From positions 471,354 through 535,353 of the forward strand of contig CAVOUE010000005.1 in assembly GCA_963699545.1 (NCBI GenBank): 64,000 bases of DNA, given 5' to 3'. The notes under the pieces were generated by a model. The model saw only the letters and a program-made list of their open reading frames with translations, was not told the origin of the DNA and searched no databases. This document shows, one piece after another, positions 19,849-30,106 of this stretch. Within the stretch, counting starts at the first letter, position 1, and every line of letters begins with the position of its first letter. The DNA comes from Nitrospirota bacterium (GTDB lineage Bacteria; Nitrospirota; Thermodesulfovibrionia; Thermodesulfovibrionales; UBA9159). Position numbers and translations under genes: made by a program.

Positions 19849-20652
19849 CTATCTCTCCACCGAAAAGAATACAAGTCGATAGCGCGCCAGGGTCATAAAA
19901 TCCCGCTTTTTCCCCAGCTCAAATTCCATTGTCAGCATTTCGTTGTAGTTTGAGTCCACAAATTCCCTCGATTTGAAGTCGGATATACATCGGATACCGT
20001 ATTCCTCTACCGGAATAATGCCCCTTTCTGCAAATGTCCTACTCATCGAATCGGCAGCGAGCGCACGTGCTTTACCGAAATATACCATATCAAGGGCGCG
20101 GCTTTTTAGCTGCCTCAGGACCCCTTGTACTGAGTTCTTCAGCATAAGTTGGCGAAACGCCTCATGGGAATTATTGAGATACATTATCCCGAAGAAGGCT
20201 CCTTTTGGAAGGCACGAGGTGAGGGTCTTTAGCGTCGCCTTTTGATCACGAACATATTCGATCGCGTGATTAAAGGAAACCAACAGAGTTTCATTGTGGC
20301 ATTTCGAAGATGCATAAATACGTGGAAAATCCGAGTCCGTACCCTGACAGACGCACACCCGCTTCCCCCTGAGAAAGGGCGCTAAATTATGCTTTGCCCG
20401 ATCAATCATAGTGGCGTCGCAATCGACCAAAATCACTCTTAAAGCACGAAATTCATCAAGCAGGCTCCTGAGCAGCAACCCCGATCCGCCGCCTACGTCG
20501 TACAGCAGCGTAATACCCCTCGTCTTAATAAACTCGGCGTAATACCTGAAAAGAAGATCATGACGGAGTCTTCCATGAGGTGAACGCGCGTGCTCCTCGT
20601 ATTGATCGACCACCGCTGATCCCATCGGCCTTTTGAATATTGTGTCATTCAT
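19849..20652 (-). CDS. Class I SAM-dependent methyltransferase (CmoM/SmtA-like)
   Basis: DVGGGSG motif I, N-terminal HGRLRHDLL, NHAIEYV and YGIRCISD. Confidence 0.75.
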   Translation of the reverse strand: MNDTIFKRPMGSAVVDQYEEHARSPHGRLRHDLLFRYYAEFIKTRGITLLYDVGGGSGLLLRSLLDEFRALRVILVDCDATMIDRAKHNLAPFLRGKRVCVCQGTDSDFPRIYASSKCHNETLLVSFNHAIEYVRDQKATLKTLTSCLPKGAFFGIMYLNNSHEAFRQLMLKNSVQGVLRQLKSRALDMVYFGKARALAADSMSRTFAERGIIPVEEYGIRCISDFKSREFVDSNYNEMLTMEFELGKKRDFMTLARYRLVFFSVER

Positions 20653-20986
20653 GGCTGTTCTTTGCTTATCTCGTTGCTCGCTGTGCGCTAGCCGATGTCG
20701 CCGCGATGCTCAGGGGCCAACAGCTTAACCGTGGAACGACCGCGCCTTTTCCCGCAATGACTCCCCCAACTCCTAAAGTAGGCATCCCACTTCATAGATC
20801 GTCGGTTGTACTACACGTCATTATATCACGCTGAGGAACTGTTTAGGTCGGAACCCCCCTCGCAATGCAGCAAAAATCCAGCCTTGCATAGCCGGGTCTG
20901 GAATGGAGAGCATGTGCAGTCTCCACATCTCGCTTTTCTCGTTTGAAAGCTCTTCACTGCTTAAGGTATAGTAAAGAGTTGCCATC

Positions 20987-23543
20987 ATGCAGGACCGTAT
21001 CATCATAAGGGGCGCACGGGAGCATAATCTCAAGAACATCGACGTGACCATACCCAGGGAGAAGATCACCGTGATCACAGGACCCTCAGGCTCGGGAAAA
21101 TCTTCACTTGCTATCGATACGGTCTACGCAGAAGGACAGCGGCGGTACGTGGAAAGCCTATCAGCATATGCGCGACAGTTCCTCGATCAGCTTCAGAAGC
21201 CGGACGTTGATTTCATCGAGGGTCTCTCCCCCTCTATCGCCATCAACCAGAAGACCGTTACGAGGAGTCCCCGCTCCACCCTCGGTACTATCACCGAGAT
21301 CTACGATTACCTGCGCGTCCTTTACACGAGGATAGGGAAACCGTTCTGCTATAACTGCGGCGGGCCCATATCCACCCGGGACGTCAGAACCATCATCGAG
21401 TCGGTGATGGCCATGCCCCAGGGGACCAGATTACAGGTCCTTGCCCCGATCGTGCGGGACAGGAAGGGTGAATACAGAAAAGAACTGGCGGAGATGAGGA
21501 GTGAAGGCTTTGTAAGGGCCAGGATCGACGGCACGATGATTGACCTCACCGAGGAGATAACCCTCAGGAAACAGAAACGGCACACCATTGAGATCGTGAT
21601 CGACAGGCTTATCATAAAGCACGGCATCGAAAGCAAGATAAAAAACGCCATCGACGTGGCCCTCGGCTATTCGGACACGGTCATCATTAACCTCGTGGAG
21701 GAGAAGAAGGACATTCCCTTCAGCAAGGCCATGGCGTGTCTGAACTGCGGCACAAGCTTCCCCGAGATAAACCCAAGGCTCTTTTCCTTTAACAGCAGCT
21801 ACGGCGCGTGTCCCGACTGTCACGGGCTTGGGGTCGGTGGAGTGGAGAAGGGCATCGACCCCTTCAGGACGGGATCTGACGGCGATGACCTCGACCTTTC
21901 GCCTGAAATGCTGAAGCCGTGTAAGTCCTGCGGCGGCATGAGATTGCGGAAGGCCGCTCTGAGCATACAGATACAGGGGATGAATATCGGGGAGTTTTCG
22001 AGGCTCACCGTTGAGGGGGCCTCCTCCTTCGTGAACGGACTTGTCCTGACAGAGAGGGAAAGGACCATCGCTTCCCGTGTCCTGAAGGAAGTGGCGGACA
22101 GACTCTCCTTCCTGATGAAAGTCGGCCTGGGGTATCTCACCATTGACAGGATGTCCCTCACCCTTTCGGGGGGCGAGGCGCAGAGGATCCGTCTGGCGAC
22201 CCAGATGGGTTCTTCCCTCACCGGAGTCCTCTATGTCCTTGATGAACCGAGCATCGGCCTCCACCCCCGGGACTGCACGAAGCTCCTGGAAAGCCTTTCC
22301 TCCATCAGGGATGCAGGGAATACTATCCTCGTGGTGGAGCATGACGAGGAGAACGATACGGTGGGCGGACCATGTCATCGACATAGGTCCGGGAGCAGGA
22401 GCAAGGGGCGGCTGGATCGTTGCCGAGGGCACCCCGTCGGACATACAGGACAATGGGCGTTCGGTAACGGGGAAGTACCTGAAGGGAGAACTTGCCATTC
22501 CCCTGCCGCGTGCGAGGAGGAAACCGGCGGACTTTATCCATATCGCAGGCGCCCAGGAATTTAATCTCAGGAATATCGATGTCAATATCCCGCTCGGAAC
22601 GTTCATGTGCGTGACCGGTGTCTCGGGCTCGGGAAAGAGTACGCTCATCATCGAGATACTCTACAAGGCATTGATGAAAGCCATACATAAGAGTGTTCTG
22701 ACGCCGGGGAAACACCGCGCTTTAACGGGAGCTGACAAGGTCGACAACGTCATCTGCGTGGACCAGTCTCCCCTTGGAAGGACCCCGAGGTCCAACCCCG
22801 CTACCTACGCAGGTGTTTTCACCCTCGCAAGGGAGCTCTACGCCCAGGTCCAGGAATCGAGGATCAGGGGTTTTTCTTCGTCGCGGTTCAGCTTCAATGT
22901 CCCCGGCGGCAGATGTGAGAAATGCCATGGGGGAGGACTCCTGAAAGTCGCCATGCACTTCCTCCCCGATGCATACGTCCAGTGCGATACCTGCAAAGGC
23001 CGAAGATATAACAACGAGACCCTGAATATACAATTCAAGGGCAGGGATATCTCTGAAGTCCTCAGCATGACCGTGTCAGAGGCCCTGGAATTCTTCGCTT
23101 CCATCCCTGCAATAAAGCAGAAGCTTGAGATACTGGAAGATGTGGGTCTCGGATATCTCCAGCTGGGTCAGCCTGCACCAACACTCTCCGGAGGTGAAGC
23201 CCAGAGGCTGCGCCTTTCCCGGGAACTTGCCAAAAGGGCAACAGGGAACACCCTTTATATCCTGGACGAGCCTACCACAGGTCTTCATTTCGCAGACATC
23301 CAGAGACTCCTTGATGTCCTGAACAGCCTTGTGGACAGGGGGAACACGGTCATTGTGATCGAACACAACCTGGACGTTATAAAATCCGCAGATTACCTCA
23401 TCGACCTTGGCCCTGAGGGGGGCGAGAATGGCGGACGGTTGATCGCCACCGGGACACCCGAGGATGTATCCCGCAATCCTCAGTCGCATACGGGCAAATT
23501 TCTGAGAGAGAAGCTTGCCCGGGACGTGGCGAGGGTGGCGTGA
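20987..23543 (+). CDS. uvrA: Excinuclease ABC subunit A (one extra base near 22352)
   Basis: [17 protein letters not shown], two [12 protein letters not shown] sets and Zn fingers. The halves join if GAGAACG is read as GAG ACG. Confidence 0.95.
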
Positions 23544-24604
23544 GGAAGCAGTTCCACGTCCGAAATTCCATGTTTAAAATTCAAAAAATACTTTTGGTTC
23601 TTTTGCTTGCCACCTGCCACTTGTCACTTGTCACCTGTCTCTGTTCCTGCTCCCCGAAGAAGGAGAGCCTCTACAGGAAGACGATGATACTCATGGACAC
23701 CCTTGTCACTATTCACGTGGTTGCCGATTCAGAGGAGACCGCTGACCGGGCAATGGCAAAGGCCTTTGAAGAGATCGGCAAGCTGGATACGCTGCTTAAC
23801 TTCTTTTCGGACAAGAGCGAACTGGCATCGATCAACCGGAATGCCGGCATCTCAGGAGTAAGGGTCTCCCCGGAGACCCTTGAGGTGATCGAGAAGGCCG
23901 TGTACGCGTCAGAGAAGTCAGGCGGCGCTTTCGACGTCACCATCGGTCCTGAGATCTCCTTATGGGACTTCTTTGCGAAAAAGAAACCCGATGATACAGC
24001 GGTAAGAGAAAGGCTCGCCCTCGTGAATTATAGGCTCATAGTCCTTGATCAGAAGAAATCCACTGTGGAACTTAAGAAGAAAGGAATGCTCATAGACCTC
24101 GGCGGTATCGCAAAGGGATATGCAGCTGATAAGGCGGTAGAGGTGCTGAAAGGGCAAGGGATAAGGTCAGGGCTTGTGGCAGCGGCGGGAGACATCAGGG
24201 CCTTTGGACTGAAACAGGACGGAAAACCATGGAGGGTCGGCATACGGAACCCGAGACAGAAAGGAAAGGACGACGAGATACTGGCTACCATAGAAATCCG
24301 TGACATGGCCATTTCGACAGCCGGTGATTACGAGAGGTTTTTCACCATCGACGGGGAGAGGTATCACCACATCCTCGACCCCGCGACAGGGTTTCCCGCC
24401 CGTGGCTGCCAAAGTGTCAGTATAATGGCAAAGGACGGCGTATCCGCGGATTCTTTTTCCACGGCGGTCTTCGTGCTCGGCCCTCAAAAGGGGATGGAAG
24501 TGTTGCAGCGGCTGGGGTTTGAAGGCATGATCGTGGACGGGGAGGGGAAAATACATGTCACCGCCGGACTGAGAGAAAAGATTGAGCTTAAAAGAAACAA
24601 TTAA
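23540..24604 (+). CDS. apbE: FAD:protein FMN transferase (ApbE), lipoprotein
   Basis: [34 protein letters not shown] and ADSFSTA motifs. Confidence 0.93.
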   Translation: MRKQFHVRNSMFKIQKILLVLLLATCHLSLVTCLCSCSPKKESLYRKTMILMDTLVTIHVVADSEETADRAMAKAFEEIGKLDTLLNFFSDKSELASINRNAGISGVRVSPETLEVIEKAVYASEKSGGAFDVTIGPEISLWDFFAKKKPDDTAVRERLALVNYRLIVLDQKKSTVELKKKGMLIDLGGIAKGYAADKAVEVLKGQGIRSGLVAAAGDIRAFGLKQDGKPWRVGIRNPRQKGKDDEILATIEIRDMAISTAGDYERFFTIDGERYHHILDPATGFPARGCQSVSIMAKDGVSADSFSTAVFVLGPQKGMEVLQRLGFEGMIVDGEGKIHVTAGLREKIELKRNN

Positions 24605-24974
24605 CGGCACGACCCCCGGAGACAGAATACTCTTCGTGCTCCTGCTCATGGTCTCCTTCGTCGGCATCCTCTTCATGAAAGATGTTCTCCCTCAGCAAAG
24701 GGATGTGACGATCGAGATAGAAGGGAAACTCACCCACCGGTATCCTCTGGATACCGACAGGAAAGTCCTTGTGGGAGGCCCCTATGGTCATCTCACGCTG
24801 GAGATAAAAGATAAAAAGGCACGCGTCACCGGGGCGTCCTGCCCCAATAAGCTCTGCGAGCTCCAGGGCTGGATAAGCAGGGGAGTGATCATCTGCATGC
24901 CCGCCAGGATCACCATAACAGTGGGAGGTCCCGGAGGATCAGAGGACAGAAAGATAGATGCAATTACAGGATAG
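24582..24974 (+). CDS. NusG domain II-like (DUF1312) protein
   Basis: N-terminal TM helix, ASCPNKLC..GWIS..IICMP, and terminal DAITG. Confidence 0.85.
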   Translation: MSLKETINGTTPGDRILFVLLLMVSFVGILFMKDVLPQQRDVTIEIEGKLTHRYPLDTDRKVLVGGPYGHLTLEIKDKKARVTGASCPNKLCELQGWISRGVIICMPARITITVGGPGGSEDRKIDAITG

Positions 24975-25485
24975 ATACCGGATCGCGATCCTTTCGGCGT
25001 ATGCCCTTGCCCTTCATGGTCTAGAGAGTCTCATCCCGATGCCTATACCCTGGATCAGGGTCGGCCTTGCAAACATCATAGCGGTCACCACCTTCATCCT
25101 CTTCGGGTTCAGGGCGGCAATGATGGTTACGCTGGTAAGGGTCTTTATTGCCTCTCTCTTTACGGGTTCATTCCTCGGGCCGGGATTCATCCTGAGCCTG
25201 GGAGGAGGCGCAGCAGGAATGCTCGCCATGGGCATCGTCTTCTCTGTCGTCCCCGGACTCTTCGGACCTGTGGGGTTGAGCCTGACAGGCGCCCTCTTCC
25301 ATAACCTTGCGCAGCTCTTCCTCGCATACGTCCTGTTCATCCAGAAGATAGAGCCGGTACTCATCATAACACCGGCCCTCGTACTGATAGGGACGGTTAC
25401 CGGCCTTGTGAACGGCCTGGTGGCAGACCTCCTGGTCAAAGGCTTGAAAAATGGTGAGGTCACCATACACAATACTCCACAATGA
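24958..25485 (+). CDS. Gx transporter / heptaprenyl diphosphate synthase component I family membrane protein
   Basis: LESLIP-P-P..RVGLANI and HNLAQL motifs; usual partner of NusG-II/ApbE. Confidence 0.85.
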   Translation: MQLQDRYRIAILSAYALALHGLESLIPMPIPWIRVGLANIIAVTTFILFGFRAAMMVTLVRVFIASLFTGSFLGPGFILSLGGGAAGMLAMGIVFSVVPGLFGPVGLSLTGALFHNLAQLFLAYVLFIQKIEPVLIITPALVLIGTVTGLVNGLVADLLVKGLKNGEVTIHNTPQ

Positions 25486-25661
25486 AGATCACCTGTCCCC
25501 TGTGCAAGAACATTACAACGTGGGAGGAGAATCCCTGGAGACCTTTCTGTTCCGAACGGTGCAGGCTCATCGACCTGGGTAAATGGGCATCAGGGGAATA
25601 CCGGATAGAAGGAAACGAGGATGACAAAGAAGAGGAAGAGAGCAAAAAAGTAGACGAATAA
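25482..25661 (+). CDS. yacG: DNA gyrase inhibitor YacG (absent from the ORF track)
   Basis: Manual translation: [42 protein letters not shown]... Confidence 0.93.
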   Translation: MKITCPLCKNITTWEENPWRPFCSERCRLIDLGKWASGEYRIEGNEDDKEEEESKKVDE

Positions 25662-25797
25662 CTTCGTGGTACGTTACGAGTTACGGCTTGAGGTGTGTTT
25701 TGTCTGTCTAAGAACGGAATAAAGAGTGGCTTCCAATAATTTTGTCGTACCCCTCCGGACAGTTCCCATTGGCATGCATCTCCTCGGAAAATGACAG

Positions 25798-25825
25798 TTG
25801 ACATAGTTATGATAGTTGCTATAAC
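25798..25825 (+). promoter_or_regulatory. TA operon promoter with overlapping palindromic operator
   Basis: TTGACA-16 nt-TATAAC, overlapped by the inverted repeat GTTAT...ATAAC (25806-25825). Confidence 0.65.
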
Positions 25826-25852
25826 CTAGTATTAAGAATAAGGAGGTGCATT

Positions 25853-26125
25853 ATGGCAAAACAAATAGGCGCTCTCGATATAAGGAAAAGTCTTGGGTCG
25901 ATCCTCGAAGAGGTCTACTACAAGGGGGAGGAGTTCGTTATTAAGCGGGGCCGTAAGCCTATGGCCGTGCTGATACCGGTCGCCGAGTTTGACAACTTCA
26001 AGAAACAAAAGCAACAGGATATGCAGGTCTTCAAGACTATCCGGGGAAGAGCTAAGGGCATTGAATCAAAAGAAGTTGAAAGGGATGTGGAAGAGGCAGT
26101 AAGAGCGGTCCGCAAACGTGCATAG
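25853..26125 (+). CDS. Phd/YefM-type antitoxin
   Basis: LGSILEEV...EFVIKRGRKPMAVLIP; overlaps the PIN gene. Confidence 0.85.
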   Translation: MAKQIGALDIRKSLGSILEEVYYKGEEFVIKRGRKPMAVLIPVAEFDNFKKQKQQDMQVFKTIRGRAKGIESKEVERDVEEAVRAVRKRA

Positions 26126-26543
26126 GGTTGTGGTCGATACCAATGTTCTGGTGAGTGGTGCGATCCAGAAGAAGGGATTTCCTTATAAGGTTGTCAAGGC
26201 CTGGGAAGATGACGTCTTAGCTCTTGTAACTTCCGGGCCTTTAATTGATGAGGTAAGCAAAGTTTTACACTATGATAAAATCCGGGTGCGATATTCTTTA
26301 AAGGAAGAAGAGATTAAGCAAATCCTTTTGAACCTTATGCGATATTCTCTCTTTATCAGTGACCCGCCAAAATTGAATGTTATAAAAGAAGACCCTTCTG
26401 ATAATAGTATCCTGGCTGCTGCGATAGGGGGCAAGGCGGATTATATCATCTCGGGGGATTCACATCTTCTGAATTTGGGAGTTTATAAAGGAATAAGCAT
26501 TGTGACGCCAAAAGGGTTTTGTGAGATAACAGTGAAATTATGA
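26118..26543 (+). CDS. PIN-domain toxin (VapC-like)
   Basis: VVVDTNVLVS, DPSDNSIL and IISGDSHLL motifs. Confidence 0.9.
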   Translation: MHRVVVDTNVLVSGAIQKKGFPYKVVKAWEDDVLALVTSGPLIDEVSKVLHYDKIRVRYSLKEEEIKQILLNLMRYSLFISDPPKLNVIKEDPSDNSILAAAIGGKADYIISGDSHLLNLGVYKGISIVTPKGFCEITVKL

Positions 26544-26565
26544 AAACGGGGAAGGAGATAAATCT

Positions 26566-27369
26566 ATGGTAAAGATCGCTGTGGCAGGGGCCATGGGGAG
26601 AATGGGAAACAGGATCGCCGCCCTTTCAAAGGAATATGAAGCCATAAAGCTCACAGGTGCTTTCGAAAGGAAAGGGCATAAGGATATGGGCAAGGATATC
26701 GGGATCCTTGCAGGTATCGGGGAAACGTGTGTCATCCTTGAGGACAGCATCGAAAAGACCGTTGAGGCAACGGATGTGGTCATTGACTTCACACGCACCG
26801 ACTCAACCATGGAACACCTCCGGACCGCGTCTGCAAAAGGAAAGGCAATGGTCATAGGGACCACGGGGTTCACGAAAGAACAGCTCGGCGAGATAGGGGC
26901 ACTCGCAAAGAATATCCCCTGCGTGATGGCATCAAATATGAGCCTGGGAGTCAACCTTTTATTGAAGGTCCTGCAGGATGTGGCCAGGGTCCTGGGCGAT
27001 GAGTATGACATAGAGATCATCGAAGCACACCACAGGATGAAAAAGGACGCTCCCAGCGGCACCGCCATGAAGATGGCGCAGGTGATCGCCGAGGCGGTGA
27101 ACAGGAACCTCGATGAAGTGGCGATCTACGCGAGAAAAGGAATAATAGGGGAACGGACAAAAAAAGAGATAGGCATCCAGACCATCCGCGCAGGGGATAT
27201 CGTGGGTGAGCACACAGTCCTCTTCGGAGGGCTGGGTGAGAGGATAGAGATCACCCACAAGGCGTCCAGCAGGGATACCTTTGCCCGCGGTGCGTTGAAG
27301 GCGGCCATATGGGTCCATGGCAAAACAGCCGGACTTTATGATATGCAGGATGTGCTGGGGTTGAAGTGA
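26566..27369 (+). CDS. dapB: 4-hydroxy-tetrahydrodipicolinate reductase
   Basis: GAMGRMG, GTTG and EAHHRMKKDAPSGTA motifs. Confidence 0.96.
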   Translation: MVKIAVAGAMGRMGNRIAALSKEYEAIKLTGAFERKGHKDMGKDIGILAGIGETCVILEDSIEKTVEATDVVIDFTRTDSTMEHLRTASAKGKAMVIGTTGFTKEQLGEIGALAKNIPCVMASNMSLGVNLLLKVLQDVARVLGDEYDIEIIEAHHRMKKDAPSGTAMKMAQVIAEAVNRNLDEVAIYARKGIIGERTKKEIGIQTIRAGDIVGEHTVLFGGLGERIEITHKASSRDTFARGALKAAIWVHGKTAGLYDMQDVLGLK

Positions 27370-27719
27370 CAAATAAAAGAATTAATCAGTTAGATTGATT
27401 GGTCCTTCGCAACCTGAAAGGACCATAAAAGCTTCCCCTGTTCCCCTGGCGGAAGTGTAGGATTATGACAGGCGCAACGTTTGCGCTTCACCTGAGAACC
27501 AACACTTAGGATGAAATGTCAAAGATATCGATTTCTGGTAGAAATATAGCATTTTTTGGTATTATGGGGACGGAAGGGAGCAGAACGTCTTCCTTTCAAC
27601 GGTGACCGGGTAAGCAACCTCAAAACAGACATCCTGAAATCGTTACCGTGTTGCTTCCGTGACGTGCGGGTTTTTCCAGGTCGTGGGGACAGACGTTGCG
27701 AGGATGAGGTACTAAGCTA

Positions 27720-28982
27720 TTGAGACAAAAGGGCGTAAACACTAAAGACGGAACTTTCAAAGAAAGCTTCAAGGATATTCAGTTTCGTCCCATTCATCCG
27801 TTTCCGGCTCGTATGACACCATCAATCGCATGGGACAGCCTGACGAACTGTAGTCGAAAGCCCCTGAAAGTTCTCGATCCGATGACGGGATCAGGTACAA
27901 CAGCTGTTGTCGCTAAATCCCTTGGGCACACCGTTATCGGCTTCGACACAGATCCCTTGGCGGTCTTGATAGCAAATACCTGGTGCACTGAAATTGATGG
28001 GGATAAATTATTAGAAAAAGCCTCTGAAGTATTGGACAGGGCGATAGAACGTTGCAGCCATTTACCTCTACGCGAAGCATACCCTCGACAGGCTGACGCC
28101 GAGACCCGCGCTTTCATGAGATATTGGTTCGATAGTTGTAATCGTCGGCAGCTCGCAGTATTAGCTGAGGCAATTTCACGGCTGCACGACAGAGCACTTA
28201 AGACTGCATTGTGGTGCGCCTTTTCGCGACTTATAATTACCAAGAAAATCGGCGTATCTCTTGCTATGGACATATCTCACAGTCGGCCTCATCGGGTCTA
28301 TGACAAAGCACCGATTAAGCCTTTTGACAAATTCTTAGCATCTGTTGAAACAATTTCAAGGAGATTACCGTTCACAAAGAATGGAAGCAGCTTGCCTGAC
28401 GCGAGTATTCGATTAGGGGATGCCCGTAAGCTCCCCGTTAATGATCGAAGTATAGATATTGTCATCACCTCACCTCCTTATCTTAACGCTATTGATTACC
28501 TGAGGGGACATAAGTTATCTCTGATTTGGAACGGATATTCCCTCAAAGACCTCCGGCAAATTCGATCATCAAACGTCGGTGCTGAAAACTCTCTATCGGA
28601 GAATCATCTCAAAGATTGTGTTCACCACATTCTGGCAGAGATGGGAGCGGTTGAAAGGTTACCAGCACGAATAAGAGGCATTCTAAGAAGATATGTCCAT
28701 GACATGGATTCAGTGCTCGGAGAAATAAGCCGCGTACTGAATATTCGAGGCCACGCAGTGGTAGTCATTGGTGATTCAACCATAAAGGGCACGTTCATCC
28801 AAAATTCGAAAGCACTGACTCTTCTTGGAAGACGACACGGTCTAAACCTACAGTCTATTAGACGAAGAGAATTACAGGACAATCGGCGTTATCTTCCACC
28901 ACCAACTTCAGTTGCCGCAGGTTCACAATTGCAGGGCCGAATGAGAGAGGAAGTTATAATGACTTTCAGCCTTTGTGCATAG
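27720..28982 (+). CDS. Amino-DNA methyltransferase (probably N4-cytosine; motif I precedes motif IV)
   Basis: IHPFPARM, LDPMTGSGTT (SAM-binding motif I) and VITSPPY (catalytic motif IV). Start uncertain (TTG). Confidence 0.85.
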   Translation: MRQKGVNTKDGTFKESFKDIQFRPIHPFPARMTPSIAWDSLTNCSRKPLKVLDPMTGSGTTAVVAKSLGHTVIGFDTDPLAVLIANTWCTEIDGDKLLEKASEVLDRAIERCSHLPLREAYPRQADAETRAFMRYWFDSCNRRQLAVLAEAISRLHDRALKTALWCAFSRLIITKKIGVSLAMDISHSRPHRVYDKAPIKPFDKFLASVETISRRLPFTKNGSSLPDASIRLGDARKLPVNDRSIDIVITSPPYLNAIDYLRGHKLSLIWNGYSLKDLRQIRSSNVGAENSLSENHLKDCVHHILAEMGAVERLPARIRGILRRYVHDMDSVLGEISRVLNIRGHAVVVIGDSTIKGTFIQNSKALTLLGRRHGLNLQSIRRRELQDNRRYLPPPTSVAAGSQLQGRMREEVIMTFSLCA

Positions 28983-29067
28983 AACAGCGAGGCTCTGATC
29001 AATGATTATTATAATGGGTACGATATATGAGCGATGGGTAAATATTAAATAGGGACGAAAGACCTAA

Positions 29068-29694
29068 GTGCCAACAGAAGAATGGCTTGATGAAATACAT
29101 GAACGACTCTTAGCAGACGACCCAGTTGCGCCGGCTGAACTCGCTGAAAACATCTTAGATATCCTCATAAAAAAACTTTCTGCAAGGTATTACTATCTCA
29201 ATGATCCAGCCATAGTTATTGATGCAGTCAGTGACGCCATTCTTAGCTACATCAAGAATCCAAGACAGTTTAATCCGTCAAAAAGAGGACTTTTGGGCTA
29301 TCTGCAGATGGCTGCTGAAGGTGACCTAAAAAATGCCCTCTCGAAGATAAGCCGGCGCAACAAGAAAGAATTAATAAGCGATGATGTCGAACTTACCCTA
29401 TTGGGTGGGAATATATCATTAAGAAAAGGATTTACTCATAACGATGCGATCTCCTCTGAGGATAAGCAAAACCTCAAGAAAGTGCGTGGTGCTATCAGCA
29501 CATTGTTCAAGGACACGAAAGACCTGAAGATTGCAGAAATGATTATAGAAGGAGAAAGATCAACCCCGGCTTTCGCGACAGTCCTTGGCTTGCAAGGACT
29601 GAGCATTGAAGGGCAAAAAAGAGAAGTGAAACAGCACAAAGATCGTATTAAGAAATGCCTGGAGCGTTATTTGAAAGGTAGCCATGAAAAATAA
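29068..29694 (+). CDS. ECF-like RNA polymerase sigma factor (divergent)
   Basis: Region-2-like segment (DAVSDAILSY..PRQFNPSK..LLGYLQMAA..DLKN..R) and C-terminal region-4-like HTH (FATVLGL...VKQHKDRIKKCLER); 208 aa. Confidence 0.7.
   Translation: MPTEEWLDEIHERLLADDPVAPAELAENILDILIKKLSARYYYLNDPAIVIDAVSDAILSYIKNPRQFNPSKRGLLGYLQMAAEGDLKNALSKISRRNKKELISDDVELTLLGGNISLRKGFTHNDAISSEDKQNLKKVRGAISTLFKDTKDLKIAEMIIEGERSTPAFATVLGLQGLSIEGQKREVKQHKDRIKKCLERYLKGSHEK
29385..29415 (+). promoter_or_regulatory. ECF-promoter-like motif, copy 1 (inside the sigma gene)
   Basis: TGTCGAACTTACCCTATTGGGTGGGAATATA; 27/31 identical to 30864-30894. Confidence 0.65.
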
Positions 29695-30106
29695 ATACAG
29701 CTCTGACTTGATAGAACAACTTGCTTTCCGTGCAAGTAATGACATGTTTTTTCTTGGTAATATTATTGCTGACTTCAAAGCTCTTAATAAACTCAGCGGC
29801 TTGGATATGTCTGATTTCCTTGAATGCTCTCCCGATGCTATAAAAAGACTCGCTTTATGTCGTCTGCCTGATGATCGAGACGAGCGGTTTAGGGATGACA
29901 TCAATCGTATCTCAGGTTATGTGAAATGCAATGCCGATAAACTTATTACCCTCATCCGCCAAGTGAATACTTTAAGAACCTTGCGTGGAGAAAGCGCAAA
30001 ACATGCTGCGTCAAGTTTGCTAATGGCAGCCCGTGATCGTCGCCCCGAGAAGCAGACCAGGCGTAAGCATAAGAAATCTTCAAAAGATGAAGAAGAGACC
30101 ACATGA
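29684..30106 (+). CDS. Small helical/HTH-like protein, candidate anti-sigma or repressor
   Basis: Translationally coupled between the sigma and peptidase genes. HTH-like LSGLDMSDFLECSPDAIKRLALC, then an LLMAARD motif and a basic tail. Confidence 0.6.
   Translation: MKNKYSSDLIEQLAFRASNDMFFLGNIIADFKALNKLSGLDMSDFLECSPDAIKRLALCRLPDDRDERFRDDINRISGYVKCNADKLITLIRQVNTLRTLRGESAKHAASSLLMAARDRRPEKQTRRKHKKSSKDEEETT

Noticed and set aside
27472-27494. GCGCAACGTTTGCGCTTCACCTG resembling the start of an integron attC site
   Set aside because: No matching right arm or GTTRRRY core, no further copies, and no integrase in the window.
27565-27700. Retron msr-msd or group II intron fragment
   Set aside because: There is no reverse transcriptase in the window and no diagnostic terminal motifs.
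27751-27780. Third copy of the ECF-like motif (GGAACTT inside the MTase 5' end)
   Set aside because: It lacks the GGGAATATA half at the conserved spacing.
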